37,627 nucleotides of DNA, taken from IMG/VR virus record IMGVR_UViG_2778261216_000004; one strand, written 5' to 3'. The notes under the pieces are model-generated. The model was given only the letters and a program-made list of their open reading frames with translations, made no database searches and was not told the origin of the DNA. This document shows positions 17,696 to 27,693 of this stretch, one piece after another; the stretch's first letter is position 1; every line of letters begins with the position of its first letter. The position numbers and the translations under genes are program-made. The DNA is from a virus. Lineage: Duplodnaviria; Heunggongvirae; Uroviricota; Caudoviricetes.

Positions 17696-18336
17696 CGTAC
17701 AGCCTCCGCAATCCGGCCCAGCACCGTGTTATAAATCAGGCGCTCATCTGCCTGGCTGATACCCAGCAGCTCACGTACCGGGTAATCGGTGAAAATGCCC
17801 GGCGCAACCTGATCGCGCTCACCGAACTGATGAACGCGTGCAATACGTGCGGCCACGCCGCTGTAACCCACCGTCACACCGGAAGCATCTGCACGGGCTT
17901 TCAGGTAGCGGGCGGTGCGCAGTTTTACGAACATGGGGACGCGCTTTGTGCTGTCCTGGTTGATGCGCCTGGTGCGTATTTCCAGAAAACGGTTGATGTC
18001 ATCCCGGTAAAACGTGCGGATATTGTTTTTATCCTCATCCCACCCGGTAATGGTTCGCCCGTATTTCCCCGTGTCGTGATGCCAGTTTTTCAGCGTGCGT
18101 GCTTCGTTATTCCAGATAAAGCGAATGCGTTCCTGTATCCTGGTTACGCGGCGTCTGCGTGGTGTCCACGCGGTCCCGTCCGGCGCTTTCTGTGACCGGA
18201 TACGCGCCTGCTGGGCGCGGCGTAAATCCTGTGCCAGCTTTCTGGCGATGTTATTGATGGCCTGCTGATTCAGGCTGTCGCGGATGGCCTCAAGGGTTTC
18301 ATCCACGCGGGTGAATGCCTTATCCATCGCTTTCAC
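17692..18336 (-). CDS. S: Tail completion / virion morphogenesis protein S (long form)
   Basis: Position between R and V; longer than P2 S (about 150 aa by memory). Confidence 0.7.
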   Translation of the reverse strand: MKAMDKAFTRVDETLEAIRDSLNQQAINNIARKLAQDLRRAQQARIRSQKAPDGTAWTPRRRRVTRIQERIRFIWNNEARTLKNWHHDTGKYGRTITGWDEDKNNIRTFYRDDINRFLEIRTRRINQDSTKRVPMFVKLRTARYLKARADASGVTVGYSGVAARIARVHQFGERDQVAPGIFTDYPVRELLGISQADERLIYNTVLGRIAEAVR

Positions 18337-18787
18337 CCCACGTCACATCCTGGAATACATGCGACCAGTCGCCTTCGGAAGATGGCAGGCGGGGTTTTGG
18401 CTCCGGCAGGTGTTCTGCCTGCGGGGTGCCCTGACTGATGCGCGTGATGCGAACGCGTTCCCGCAGGGGGAGCGTAAACAGGAGATCGGCGCTGTCATCG
18501 TCATTGATAACGGCGGAGAATTTGATGTCCTGATTACGCTCAGGGTTGAGCAACAACTGTGGCTGATTTTCGGATAACCACGCCAGCAGCGGCAGCGTGA
18601 GGTCGTCCAGCTCCCCGGCGTAATCCATGACAAACATCACCATCTGATAGCGGTAAACAAACGATGGGGTTTCTCCTGTCGTTTCAATGTTGCCGCTCTC
18701 CACGAAAATGGTGAATTTTTCCGGGTTAGCCTGACACCATCGGCATGAACGGGTCATGGCTTCACGCAGGGAATCAGTTTTCAGCAT
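18320..18787 (-). CDS. R: Tail completion protein R
   Basis: MLKTDSLR...LPLLAWLSENQP resembles P2 gpR. Confidence 0.8.
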   Translation of the reverse strand: MLKTDSLREAMTRSCRWCQANPEKFTIFVESGNIETTGETPSFVYRYQMVMFVMDYAGELDDLTLPLLAWLSENQPQLLLNPERNQDIKFSAVINDDDSADLLFTLPLRERVRITRISQGTPQAEHLPEPKPRLPSSEGDWSHVFQDVTWGESDG

Positions 18788-19064
18788 GGTTGTTATCCTC
18801 GTTGTTCAGTCGTTGCAGCCTGCGCTGTTCCAGTAATTCAATGGCCCGTTTATCCGCGTTACAGGTTTCCAGTGCATCCAGAAGGCGGTCGCCCCATATA
18901 CCGAGATTTCCCCATGTGGGAGTGTCAGGGAAGGGGGGAGGCATTACCGGTATGGTCAGCGTCTGCGGTATAAGCCGGACTGACGGCGCTGGCAGTGGCG
19001 CGTTCTGCGTGCCTGCGCAACCTGTCAGTAAAACGAGCGTCAGGCAAAGCGAGGGCGCATTCAT
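18774..19064 (-). CDS. Outer-membrane lipoprotein spanin (LysC/Rz1-like)
   Basis: Lipobox LLTGC signal and Pro-rich body. It overlaps the 3' end of the LysB-like gene in another frame. Confidence 0.55.
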   Translation of the reverse strand: MNAPSLCLTLVLLTGCAGTQNAPLPAPSVRLIPQTLTIPVMPPPFPDTPTWGNLGIWGDRLLDALETCNADKRAIELLEQRRLQRLNNEDNNHAEN

Positions 19065-19332
19065 CTTTTGCAATATCGTTGCGTAGCTGTTCACGTCTGG
19101 CCTCTCCGTCCTGATTTCGCTGTTGATTTTCCACGCGGAGTTGCGCCAGCACCTGCTGCATATCCTGTACCCCGGTGCTGATGATATTCAGTGTGTCGAC
19201 GGTACTTTTCAGGGCGCTGGCCTGCGCTTCGTTTCTGGCGTTCTCCCGGCCCAGCGACCACGACAGACGCATGGATGTTCCCCATGCGGCAATCAGAAGG
19301 AAAGCGACGCCCAGCGTGGGCCAGAGCTTCAT
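18925..19332 (-). CDS. Inner-membrane spanin (LysB/Rz-like)
   Basis: N-terminal transmembrane segment (MKLWPTLGVAFLLIAAWG) followed by a coiled-coil. Start ATG overlaps the endolysin stop. Confidence 0.6.
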   Translation of the reverse strand: MKLWPTLGVAFLLIAAWGTSMRLSWSLGRENARNEAQASALKSTVDTLNIISTGVQDMQQVLAQLRVENQQRNQDGEARREQLRNDIAKDECALALPDARFTDRLRRHAERATASAVSPAYTADADHTGNASPLP

Positions 19333-19721
19333 GTCGGATAGGCTCCGTGTGGTAACTGAAAATGCGGTCCGTCTTTCAGGGTCTTCCAGTCGCCGCCCCA
19401 TTCCACCGGAATATTCAGTTCCCGGCTGGCCTGTCTGAATGCTGCTGCGATTTTTTCGTACAGCGGCCATTCCCATGACACCTGACTGCCGATATAAGCC
19501 ACAACATCCACGGCATGCCCCGTAAGGTGGCGGCTGTTCATGGTCTGGCTCTTACCCGTGGCCACCAGTTGCTTCTGGCGGTAACGGCTGCGCACCCCTT
19601 CGGTGATACCAAAATCCACTTCCGAGATTTCCAGTGCCCGTCGGGTCACTTTCACCAGATCAGGATTTACGCCCTGCAAATTCTTTTCGCTCCGGCTGCT
19701 GAATTTAAATGTGTTGCTCAT
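19329..19721 (-). CDS. Endolysin, M15-type peptidase
   Basis: SRHLTGHAVDV...WGGDW...DGPHFQL resembles the His/Asp zinc-peptidase motifs of M15 endolysins. Confidence 0.7.
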   Translation of the reverse strand: MSNTFKFSSRSEKNLQGVNPDLVKVTRRALEISEVDFGITEGVRSRYRQKQLVATGKSQTMNSRHLTGHAVDVVAYIGSQVSWEWPLYEKIAAAFRQASRELNIPVEWGGDWKTLKDGPHFQLPHGAYPT

Positions 19722-20041
19722 TCGTCCTTCTCCTTCACCCTGCGATTAAAGGCCGCAATAACCTTGTCGCGTGCTTTCTCTGCCCCCATAAAACCGATTG
19801 ATGCGCCGATAAACGTCACGGCATCTTCAGGAAAACCGAAGAAGCGCAACGACCCGGCCACGGCCATGGCAAGAACGCCGCACGCCAGCGATCCCGTTAC
19901 TGTCTGAACCAGTGTTCGTCCGTCATAAAGACTCATCAGCGCGGAAATGCTGACTGCCGCGCCTACTGCATACACCGTTGGCAGGTGGTCAAAGAGCCAC
20001 GCAATAACCTGCTCTGTGATCCCTGTTTGAATGGTGCTCAC
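19718..20041 (-). CDS. Putative holin
   Basis: About 107 aa with three predicted transmembrane segments, between X and the endolysin. Putative GTG start with a GGGGGGAG ribosome-binding site just after the X stop. Confidence 0.45.
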   Translation of the reverse strand: MSTIQTGITEQVIAWLFDHLPTVYAVGAAVSISALMSLYDGRTLVQTVTGSLACGVLAMAVAGSLRFFGFPEDAVTFIGASIGFMGAEKARDKVIAAFNRRVKEKDE

Positions 20042-20043
20042 TG

Positions 20044-20250
20044 CTACTCCCCCCACAACTGAATCATTTCTCGTTTCTTCTTCTCCGGCTCCGGCATCTC
20101 CACGTCCTGCCCGGCGTCCAGAAATACCTGCTGACAGAGTCCGGGGTTGGCATCCAGCACCTTTTCGGTGACGCCCTGCGTCGTGCCGTAGTACCGGAAA
20201 CAGAGCGAATCCACGGTGTCGCCTTCCAGTGCCTTCACTTTCATCAGCAC
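20044..20250 (-). CDS. X: Tail protein X (LysM-like)
   Basis: LEGDTVDSLCFRYYGTTQGVTEKVLDANPGL resembles P2 gpX. Confidence 0.8.
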   Translation of the reverse strand: MLMKVKALEGDTVDSLCFRYYGTTQGVTEKVLDANPGLCQQVFLDAGQDVEMPEPEKKKREMIQLWGE

Positions 20251-20747
20251 AGCTCCGCAAAAATTCGCGGGCGGCGCAGAATGTCAGAGATGGCCCAGCT
20301 CACATCGCGCCACAAATCCGATGTCTGTATATCCAGTGCGTCCGCCCGGCGGTCGCCCTTATCCGTTGTGTCCGCATCGCGGTAACGCTCCAGAATCAGG
20401 GCGCGTGTGGCGGTATAAACGGCATTGCGCCAGTGCCAGAGATTGACGCTTTCTCCGTTAATTACGGGTGCCGGAACATCGGCCAGCGTCTGATGGCCAG
20501 CCGCCTGCTGTTCCTGCTGCCACGCTTCCAGCTCGCGGGTAACGTGTGCCACGGCCCCGGTGGCGGTATGCAGCAGGCGGGAGGTGGTCACACGGCCCGG
20601 CAGTCGTATCGCCAGACGCAGCTCACGCAGCACAATATCCGGCCAGAATGCGCCTGCTGAAATACGGGTATCACCATCATCGGTATCGGTGATGTCGTCC
20701 TCTGCAGGGCCGGGGTTGGTTCTGGCAACCATACTCATGGGGTTCAC
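20244..20747 (-). CDS. L: Head completion protein L
   Basis: 167 aa, conserved position. Confidence 0.8.
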   Translation of the reverse strand: MNPMSMVARTNPGPAEDDITDTDDGDTRISAGAFWPDIVLRELRLAIRLPGRVTTSRLLHTATGAVAHVTRELEAWQQEQQAAGHQTLADVPAPVINGESVNLWHWRNAVYTATRALILERYRDADTTDKGDRRADALDIQTSDLWRDVSWAISDILRRPRIFAELC

Positions 20748-20839
20748 TCCTGAAAAAATCGGGCGGTGGGTGCGCGGTGTAAACGGTCACGGAGTCAAAC
20801 CGGAACACCGCGCACGCCGCCCGCTGACGGGGTCAGTCG

Positions 20840-21640
20840 TTAACCGCGCTTCGCCTTCTGCGTCGCGGTGGTTTTTCGTGTTGCAGGCTTCCGCGTTGTC
20901 TTTTTACTTTTGCTGCTTTCGTCCTGCGCCTGCGGTGTGCTGGCATCTTCTGGTGCGGCTGCGGAATCGGCTTTTTTCAGGGCGCGGGAAAGGGTTGCAA
21001 TCTCGCGTTTCACACCTGCGTTCGGGTTCAGGTGCATCGCTTCGCGCAGCAGCTTCAGTGATGAGGCCATGCTGTCCGCATCGGTCAGGCCACGACGGGC
21101 AAAGGCGCACGCCTTGCATAATTTGGCGCGCACTTCGTCCGGCATGTCCTGGTCGGTGACAATCTCCCGGAGGGTGTCCAGTGGTTCGATAAAGGCGGAC
21201 AAATCCGCGTCGGCATCCGTCCCGGCCTGCGTCAGTACCGGATTACAGATTTCTTCGGTCAGTACCGTGGCAGCAGTACGGCCAAAGTTATCCGGCATGA
21301 TGAGGTTGTGACGGACCACATACGTACCAATACGCAGCGCCAGCGGAAGATCGCCGCAGTCAATTGCCCACACCATCAGCGTGGCAATCACTTCATCCTG
21401 CTGCCCGCCGTCAGCCTCCAGCGTTCCCTCAATCCAGCCGGAAAAGTCCGGCAACAACTCTTTTTTGATGGCGGCTTTCGCGCTTCTGGCCTGTACGCCC
21501 TTAAGCCGGGCCTGTGCCAGACGCAGACGATACAGCACCTCTTCATGCGCGGTACGCGCGGCGTGGTCCACGCCTTCATTCGCCCGGCCTGCGCGCTGTG
21601 CCATCACGTTCTGCCAGTGTTGCTGTGCAGGAGTAATCAT
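20840..21640 (-). CDS. M: Terminase small (endonuclease) subunit M
   Basis: Matches P2 gpM (DMPDEVRAKL, NPNAGVKREI), with a basic C-terminal tail. Confidence 0.85.
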   Translation of the reverse strand: MITPAQQHWQNVMAQRAGRANEGVDHAARTAHEEVLYRLRLAQARLKGVQARSAKAAIKKELLPDFSGWIEGTLEADGGQQDEVIATLMVWAIDCGDLPLALRIGTYVVRHNLIMPDNFGRTAATVLTEEICNPVLTQAGTDADADLSAFIEPLDTLREIVTDQDMPDEVRAKLCKACAFARRGLTDADSMASSLKLLREAMHLNPNAGVKREIATLSRALKKADSAAAPEDASTPQAQDESSKSKKTTRKPATRKTTATQKAKRG

Positions 21641-21685
21641 TTGTTCTCTCCGTTACTGGCGGGCATGATGCCCGCCGTGAGTTGA

Positions 21686-22738
21686 TTAGCTGTCGGCGAA
21701 CTTCAGGCCAGTGACCATCGCGCACTTGCCATAGTCTTCAACGACATAAGCGTCATTGATGGACTGGTAGGTGGCGATGCGGTTGTATTCCGGCTCGTCT
21801 TTCATCAGGCGACGCATTGAACCTTTCTGCCAGTAAATCGACAGGTTGTTGAACGAGGTGATCAGCATCGTTGCATCCGGGAAGAACGGCGCAAGGAACA
21901 CGCCCAGCCCGCCAATGGTGCGCGATGACAGGATGAGCTGCCCGGCAAGTAATTCCGCATTGGGATTCTGGCCGCTGATGCTGTTCAGCACGGGCAGACG
22001 CAGCGAGTTAAACAGGTTGCGCCCCATAATCACCACAAGGTCGTCAGCTTCCTTGTGCCATTCATCCAGCAGGGATGAGCGTGCGTCCTGTACCAGTGCA
22101 TCAGCGTTCGCATACTTACCCGCGTGCGCCACGGTGTTGTCCATGTTGCGGGAGGTCAGCGTCACGTCATTCATAACGCGTTCTCTGGCGTCGGTTCTGA
22201 TGTGCTCCAGCCATCCCACGTTAACGTCCTGAAGCAGCTTGTTGGTGCTGAAGTTGGACTCATCCGCGTGAGACGTGCCGTTGAAACCGATCATGATGCG
22301 GTCAAGCGCCACCTGTCGGGCAATCTGTGCGCTGATGCGGGACTGAAAATCAGGATGTGCCGCCCAGGCATCAAGCTGCGGATATGAAATAAACGTGTCG
22401 TAGTTCACCTGTTCGCACTGGTATTTGCGGTTTTTCAGATCAACCACGTTATTCGGGTTACGGCGTTTTGTGCCGTCATAACTGGTATTCGTGCGTGCAA
22501 TTGGCCCGGTGGTGTCCAGGAGGATTTTTTCGCCTTTCTGGTCGGTCACGCCGATCACGTTAATTCTTTTTGTAAATTCGGTGCTTTCCTTTGAGGCGTT
22601 TTCAAAACGCTGCTGCACCGAGGGTTCCACGGTAAATCGCGATACCAGTGCGGAAACCGGGATATTGTTAAGCGACGCCTGCTGCGCCATATAGCAACCC
22701 AGCTTGTTGCGGGTAATATCTGACATCACCAGATTCAT
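21686..22738 (-). CDS. N: Major capsid protein N
   Basis: Matches P2 gpN (FTVEPSV, YDTFISYPQLDAWA, MIGFNG, DVNVGWL). Confidence 0.9.
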   Translation of the reverse strand: MNLVMSDITRNKLGCYMAQQASLNNIPVSALVSRFTVEPSVQQRFENASKESTEFTKRINVIGVTDQKGEKILLDTTGPIARTNTSYDGTKRRNPNNVVDLKNRKYQCEQVNYDTFISYPQLDAWAAHPDFQSRISAQIARQVALDRIMIGFNGTSHADESNFSTNKLLQDVNVGWLEHIRTDARERVMNDVTLTSRNMDNTVAHAGKYANADALVQDARSSLLDEWHKEADDLVVIMGRNLFNSLRLPVLNSISGQNPNAELLAGQLILSSRTIGGLGVFLAPFFPDATMLITSFNNLSIYWQKGSMRRLMKDEPEYNRIATYQSINDAYVVEDYGKCAMVTGLKFADS

Positions 22739-22761
22739 AAAAAATTTGCTCCTTTGTCTTA

Positions 22762-23598
22762 TCAGAAGTCAGCCAGCTGGTCGGAGGCTGCGCCCGTTGC
22801 GGTGAAGCGGTTCTGCGGATCGCCGTCCTGCGTGCGCAGTTTTTCCTTCAGTGCTGTCAGCTCTGTGGTCAGTGACGTGATTTTCTGGCGGTCCTGCTGA
22901 TGGCGGGTTTCCAGCACATTAAAACGGTCGATAATGTCGGCCTGTGACGTTGCGACGCCTTCCACCGCTTCCTGAATACGGGAAAAACTGGCGTCATCCG
23001 CTTTGCGGCCACGGCCAATAATCCCCATTACGCGGTTAAACCACTGGGTGCCTTCTTCCTGGCGTTGTTCTGCCATTTCGATGATTTCAGACTCGATGGC
23101 TTCGGAGATAAGCGGCGCTTCACCCTGGACACTGTTGAACGTCATTACCGCCTGACGTTGCTGTGCCGTGAATTTCAGGCGCTCAGTGCCCAGGCTTGCC
23201 GGGGTGTCGGTCATCGCCAGCCCGACCAGATAGGCGCGCCCGTTAACGGAGAACTGCGGGTGCAGTTCGATACTGGAATAGATTTTCTTGCCGTCCGCGA
23301 CAAGCTGCTTCATGCGCTCGGTCGGTTCGATTTCTGCATACAGCGCAGTACGTCCGGCCAGCGGACCTTCCGTAATGTCTTCCGTACTCAGTGCGGTGAC
23401 ATCGCCCATTGCGGAAAATTCGCTTGACGGGCATGGCGAGAGATAGTGCTCAACGTTCACGCGGGCAGCGTAAACATCCGGGTTGAAGTTCTCGGCGGCT
23501 TCACGCAGATGCACCGGACTGATTTCACGGCCATCAACAGTTGATCCGGAGACAGCCACGCGAAACTTTTTGCGGGATGTCTTTTTTTCATTAGCCAT
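22762..23598 (-). CDS. O: Capsid scaffolding protein O
   Basis: Matches P2 gpO (YLVGLAMTDTPASLGTE). Start set at the internal ATG (MANEKKTSRKKFRVAV). Confidence 0.85.
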   Translation of the reverse strand: MANEKKTSRKKFRVAVSGSTVDGREISPVHLREAAENFNPDVYAARVNVEHYLSPCPSSEFSAMGDVTALSTEDITEGPLAGRTALYAEIEPTERMKQLVADGKKIYSSIELHPQFSVNGRAYLVGLAMTDTPASLGTERLKFTAQQRQAVMTFNSVQGEAPLISEAIESEIIEMAEQRQEEGTQWFNRVMGIIGRGRKADDASFSRIQEAVEGVATSQADIIDRFNVLETRHQQDRQKITSLTTELTALKEKLRTQDGDPQNRFTATGAASDQLADF

Positions 23599-23752
23599 AG
23601 TTTTTGCCCCTCTGACTGGTTCTTCAGTCATGATGGCAAAGCGTAACAGGCTGATACAAAGGGCTTTTGTTGTAAGAAAACGGCCAGAACAGGGGGTTAA
23701 GGAGAACAGTTTCGCGCGCGGGTAATCTTCCTGTAATTACTCAGGGGGAGCA

Positions 23753-25504
23753 ATGATTCAGGACGCTTTTGTGCGCCAGCGTGCGCGGCAACTTTACTGG
23801 CAGGGTTATCCGCCCGCAGAAATATCACGTCTGATGGGAATAAACCCGAACACGATTTATGCGTGGAAAAAACGCGACCAGTGGGATGAAACGCCACCCG
23901 TGCAGCGTGTCACGCAGTCCATCGATGCGCGCCTCATCCAGCTTACTGAAAAACAGAATAAAACAGGCGGTGACTTTAAGGAAATAGACCTGCTGACCCG
24001 GCAGCTTAAAAAACTGCATGATGGCCAGCCGGATGCGACGGTCACAGGAAAGAAAGGCCGGGCGAAAAAACTCAAAAATCATTTCACGCCGGAACAGATT
24101 GCCGCACTGCGGGAAAAAATCATCAGCAGGCTGGAGTGGCATCAGCGGGGCTGGTTTGACTCCCTGACCCTTTGCAGGGAAGCCGGGATACGTAACAGGA
24201 TGATCCTGAAATCCCGACAGATTGGGGCGACCTGGTATTTTGCACAGGAAGCTCTGCTGATGGCGCTGCGTGACGATGTGGCGCAACCTTACCAGCGTAA
24301 CCAGATTTTTTTGTCTGCGTCGCGTCGTCAGGCGTTCCAGTTTAAAAGCATTATTCAGAAGGCCGCGGCTGAAGTTGATGTGGAGCTGAAAGGGGGCGAT
24401 AAAATCATCCTCTCCAACGGCGCAGAGCTGCATTTTCTCGGCACTTCTGCTGCGTCGGCACAGTCCTATACGGGCAATTTTTATTTTGATGAATTTTTCT
24501 GGGTCAGTCGCTTTGCTGAACTGCGCAAGGTAGCTGGCGCTATGGCAACCCTCAGCGGACTGCGGCGCACCTACTTCTCCACGCCATCCACCGAAACGCA
24601 CGAGGCATACGCCTACTGGAACGGCGACCGCTGGAACGAGAAAAAGGCCTCGCATAAACGCCAGCGTTTTTCTGTGGACTGGAAAACGCTGCATAACGGG
24701 CTTATCTGCCCTGACCGGACGTGGCGGCAAATTGTCACGCTGGAAGATGTGGTTAATCACGGCTGGAAACACACCGATATTGACGAAATCCGTGATGAAA
24801 ACACCGAAGACGAGTTCCTCAATCTCTATATGTGTGAGTTTGTTCGCGAAGGGGAATCGGCATTTAACCTGAATATCCTGATTGGCTGCGGTGTTGACGG
24901 ATACGACGACTGGAAAGACTGGAAACCTTTTGCTCCCCGCCCGATGGGGAATCGTCCGGTATGGATTGGGTATGACGCAAACGGCAGCAGTGGCAACGGC
25001 GACAGCGGCGCTGTGTCCGTGGTGGTTCCTCCGGCTGTTCCTGGTGGCCGTTTTCGAACGGTGGAGACGCGACGCGTTCAGGGGCTGGAGTTTGAAGAAC
25101 AGGCCAGAGTCATTGAAGAGTTCACGTATCGCTACAACGTGGAACACATCGGCATTGATGTGACGGGCGGGAACGGGGAGGCTGTTTATCAGATAGTGAA
25201 ACGGTTTTTCCCTGCTGCTATTCCGTACACCTTCACGCTGTCATCAAAACGGTCGCTGGTACTGAAAATGCTGCAAATAATGCGTGCCGGGCGGTGGGAA
25301 TACGATCGCGCCGAACGCGAGCTGGTCGCGGCCTTTAACGCCGTGCGTAAGGTGAAAACACCGGGCGGCTTTATCACTTACGAAACGGACCGCGCGAGGG
25401 GGATCAGCCACGGCGACCTTGCGTGGGCAACCATGCTTGCTGTCATTAACGAACCGATTGGCGGCGAAGGAGAAAACGAGCGTTTCACGGTTATGGAGTT
25501 CTGA
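23753..25504 (+). CDS. P: Terminase large (ATPase) subunit P
   Basis: 583 aa, divergent from O as in P2. Confidence 0.9.
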   Translation: MIQDAFVRQRARQLYWQGYPPAEISRLMGINPNTIYAWKKRDQWDETPPVQRVTQSIDARLIQLTEKQNKTGGDFKEIDLLTRQLKKLHDGQPDATVTGKKGRAKKLKNHFTPEQIAALREKIISRLEWHQRGWFDSLTLCREAGIRNRMILKSRQIGATWYFAQEALLMALRDDVAQPYQRNQIFLSASRRQAFQFKSIIQKAAAEVDVELKGGDKIILSNGAELHFLGTSAASAQSYTGNFYFDEFFWVSRFAELRKVAGAMATLSGLRRTYFSTPSTETHEAYAYWNGDRWNEKKASHKRQRFSVDWKTLHNGLICPDRTWRQIVTLEDVVNHGWKHTDIDEIRDENTEDEFLNLYMCEFVREGESAFNLNILIGCGVDGYDDWKDWKPFAPRPMGNRPVWIGYDANGSSGNGDSGAVSVVVPPAVPGGRFRTVETRRVQGLEFEEQARVIEEFTYRYNVEHIGIDVTGGNGEAVYQIVKRFFPAAIPYTFTLSSKRSLVLKMLQIMRAGRWEYDRAERELVAAFNAVRKVKTPGGFITYETDRARGISHGDLAWATMLAVINEPIGGEGENERFTVMEF

Positions 25505-26550
25505 TGAGCAGAAAAAATAAAAAAGTGCGCATGAGTTCACGCATTGATCTCGCTGATGCGCTCAGGAAAGAATCATCGCTCAGTGCATTCACATTTGATG
25601 GTCCTTATCGCCTGACCGGGCATGACCTGCTGGACAATATGTACTGTGCTGATAACGGGCGGTGGTATGAAACCCCGGTGGACTGGTACGGTCTGGCAAG
25701 AGCAGCCCGGCAAACGTCCTGGCATCAGTCTGCGCTTTACTTTAAGCGCAATGTATTACTCGGTTGCTACATCCCGCACCCGCTGCTTTCCCGGCAGGAT
25801 TTCTCGGCGCTGGCGCTGGACTGGTTTGTGTTCGGTAACGCATTCCTTGAGCTTCGAAGCAATATGCTCGGCGAACCGCTTAAATTACGGCACGCCCTGG
25901 CGAAATACATGCGACGCGGAAGCGATCTTGAATCATGGTGGTATGTGCAGGATGGCAAGGACGCGTTCCAGTTTCGCCCTGGCAAAGTGTGCCACCTGAT
26001 GAATCCGGACATTAACCAGGAAATTTACGGCATGCCGGAATATCTTGGCGCATTACTCTCGGCCAGCCTGTCTCATTCGGCGGACATGTTCAGAAAACTG
26101 TATTACGACAATGGATCCCACGCCGGGTGCATCATCTACATCGGTGCAGCGCAGGTAAACCGCGAAAGCATGGACTCCCTGAAAGAAACGTTACAGGGTG
26201 CGCGTGGTGGTGGTGCATTTAAAAACGTGCTCATTCATGCGCCCAACGGGGGCAGAGAGGGGGTGCAAATTTTGCCGTTCCAGCAGATCACCGCAAAGGA
26301 TGAGTTCATGAATGTTAAGGCGGCATCCCGTGATGATGTGCTGGCTGCGCACCGCGTTCCGCCGCAACTGATGGGGGCGATGCCGGGCGAAAAAAGTGCG
26401 TTTGGTGATGTGGAGAAGGCTGCGCGGGTTTACGCAATTAACGAGCTGATGCCCGTCATGGAGGCCATGAAGCACATCAATGACTGGCTTGGCGAAGAGG
26501 TGATCAGCTTTAACCCTTACGCACTGTTAGACACCCAGCCCACATCCTGA
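25504..26550 (+). CDS. Q: Portal protein Q
   Basis: 348 aa, start overlaps the P stop. Confidence 0.9.
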   Translation: MSRKNKKVRMSSRIDLADALRKESSLSAFTFDGPYRLTGHDLLDNMYCADNGRWYETPVDWYGLARAARQTSWHQSALYFKRNVLLGCYIPHPLLSRQDFSALALDWFVFGNAFLELRSNMLGEPLKLRHALAKYMRRGSDLESWWYVQDGKDAFQFRPGKVCHLMNPDINQEIYGMPEYLGALLSASLSHSADMFRKLYYDNGSHAGCIIYIGAAQVNRESMDSLKETLQGARGGGAFKNVLIHAPNGGREGVQILPFQQITAKDEFMNVKAASRDDVLAAHRVPPQLMGAMPGEKSAFGDVEKAARVYAINELMPVMEAMKHINDWLGEEVISFNPYALLDTQPTS

Positions 26551-26576
26551 CGCGCTTCGCTTGTCTGCTGCTTCGC

Positions 26577-26601
26577 CGGGGCATAAAAAATTTATGCCCC
26601 G
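26577..26601. terminator. Strong hairpin after Q
   Basis: CGGGGCAT-aaaaaattt-ATGCCCCG. No clear U-tract. Confidence 0.35.
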
Positions 26602-26878
26602 ACTCTCCAGCTCCTGTATCAGTCAGATAATTTCACGACGCCTTCCAGTTTATCGCCACCATCGACGGTCAGACTCTTACGCAATCCCACCGCGTTGACT
26701 GTATGTTCTCGCCGCCTCAGTGCGATTTTGACGGCCTTACCTTTCAACCCATCAAATCAAAAACCCTTACGTCTTTTTCACGCTCAGCGTGAGAAATACA
26801 GCCATTCTGTTGTGTCGCTGCGACATCGCTCAGGGAATGCTATTTACCCCCTGAAACGCGGGCTGTTCCCCCGTCACC

Positions 26879-26904
26879 TGCGCGCAGAAAAAGCGCGTTT
26901 TTTT
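26879..26904 (+). terminator. Rho-independent terminator in the cos-proximal non-coding region
   Basis: CGCGC-agaaaaa-GCGCG followed by TTTTTTT. Confidence 0.45.
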
Positions 26905-26973
26905 GTGCACGCACGGATCCTTGACGGATCCAGCCGCCACGCGGGCTGGAAGGGCAAAAATTCGTTCAAAAAA

Positions 26974-27001
26974 ATTGTGCAAATTTGTGCACTATTGTGC
27001 A
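26974..27001. repeat. Three TTGTGC(A) direct repeats phased at exactly 10 bp
   Basis: aTTGTGCaaa/TTTGTGCact/ATTGTGCagc, followed by the hairpin AGGGCGAT-N8-ATCGCCCT at 27003-27026. Confidence 0.5.
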
Positions 27002-27294
27002 GCAGGGCGATGTGCGATTATCGCCCTGGTTTGAGGGGGATCAGGTGTTATTTTTATCTGTCGTCAGTGGGCTAAACCATCCACAATTTACATCGCATGA
27101 CTGATGCGTTCTGTCCTCGTGTTTCTCCTGCCACAATGCTTTTCCGCCAGCCTTTATGATGGCTCTTTCAACATCCCGCTCGTATCGCAAGGGCTGAAAT
27201 ACGTCATTAATGAAATATTCGCTTATGTCCGGAAGCGATACTGCAAAATTATTTGTTTGTTGCGCCGTCCTGCTATGCAGCAAAGCGGCATGCT

Positions 27295-27630
27295 TTAATG
27301 CGTCCTGTGCTTTCTGGAATTTAAGTGCATAGTCAGTGGCGATTTTTCCAGTTCAGCGATTCGGTTGTCTTTGGTTTCCAGCCAATCAAGTAGCGCCAAT
27401 ACTTCAGGATCCCCGACATCCAACACTGTTACGCGTGATTTTTCATAATGTTCGTCAGCAAGAGTTCGGCCAATTTTGAAATCTCCATCATCACCATAAC
27501 CGGAGCAGGCATAAACAACCTGTGCTCCAGATATTCGCTGAATTGACATTTCCTCGCCGCAAATAGGGCATTTCGGTACTGGCACAGGTGAATAACGTTC
27601 ACGTAATGCCTGATAGTTGATTTCGCTCAT
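27295..27630 (-). CDS. Hypothetical protein with a CxxC motif, third gene of the parM/parR-like operon
   Basis: 111 aa, AAGGAG ribosome-binding site, CPICGEEM motif. No family assigned. Confidence 0.5.
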   Translation of the reverse strand: MSEINYQALRERYSPVPVPKCPICGEEMSIQRISGAQVVYACSGYGDDGDFKIGRTLADEHYEKSRVTVLDVGDPEVLALLDWLETKDNRIAELEKSPLTMHLNSRKHRTH

Positions 27631-27693
27631 TAAGTCGTTCTCCTTGTTTATGTTCTGAGGTGGAGAGCAGGGCGAACTCGCCCTGATGTTGTG

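Noticed and set aside
23825-25147. 440-aa minus-strand ORF inside terminase gene P
   Set aside because: Entirely antisense to a strongly supported conserved gene; protein-unlike composition.
26551-27294. Exact cos site
   Set aside because: I could not find a match to the P2 cohesive-end sequence as I remember it; only the region is flagged, not a site.
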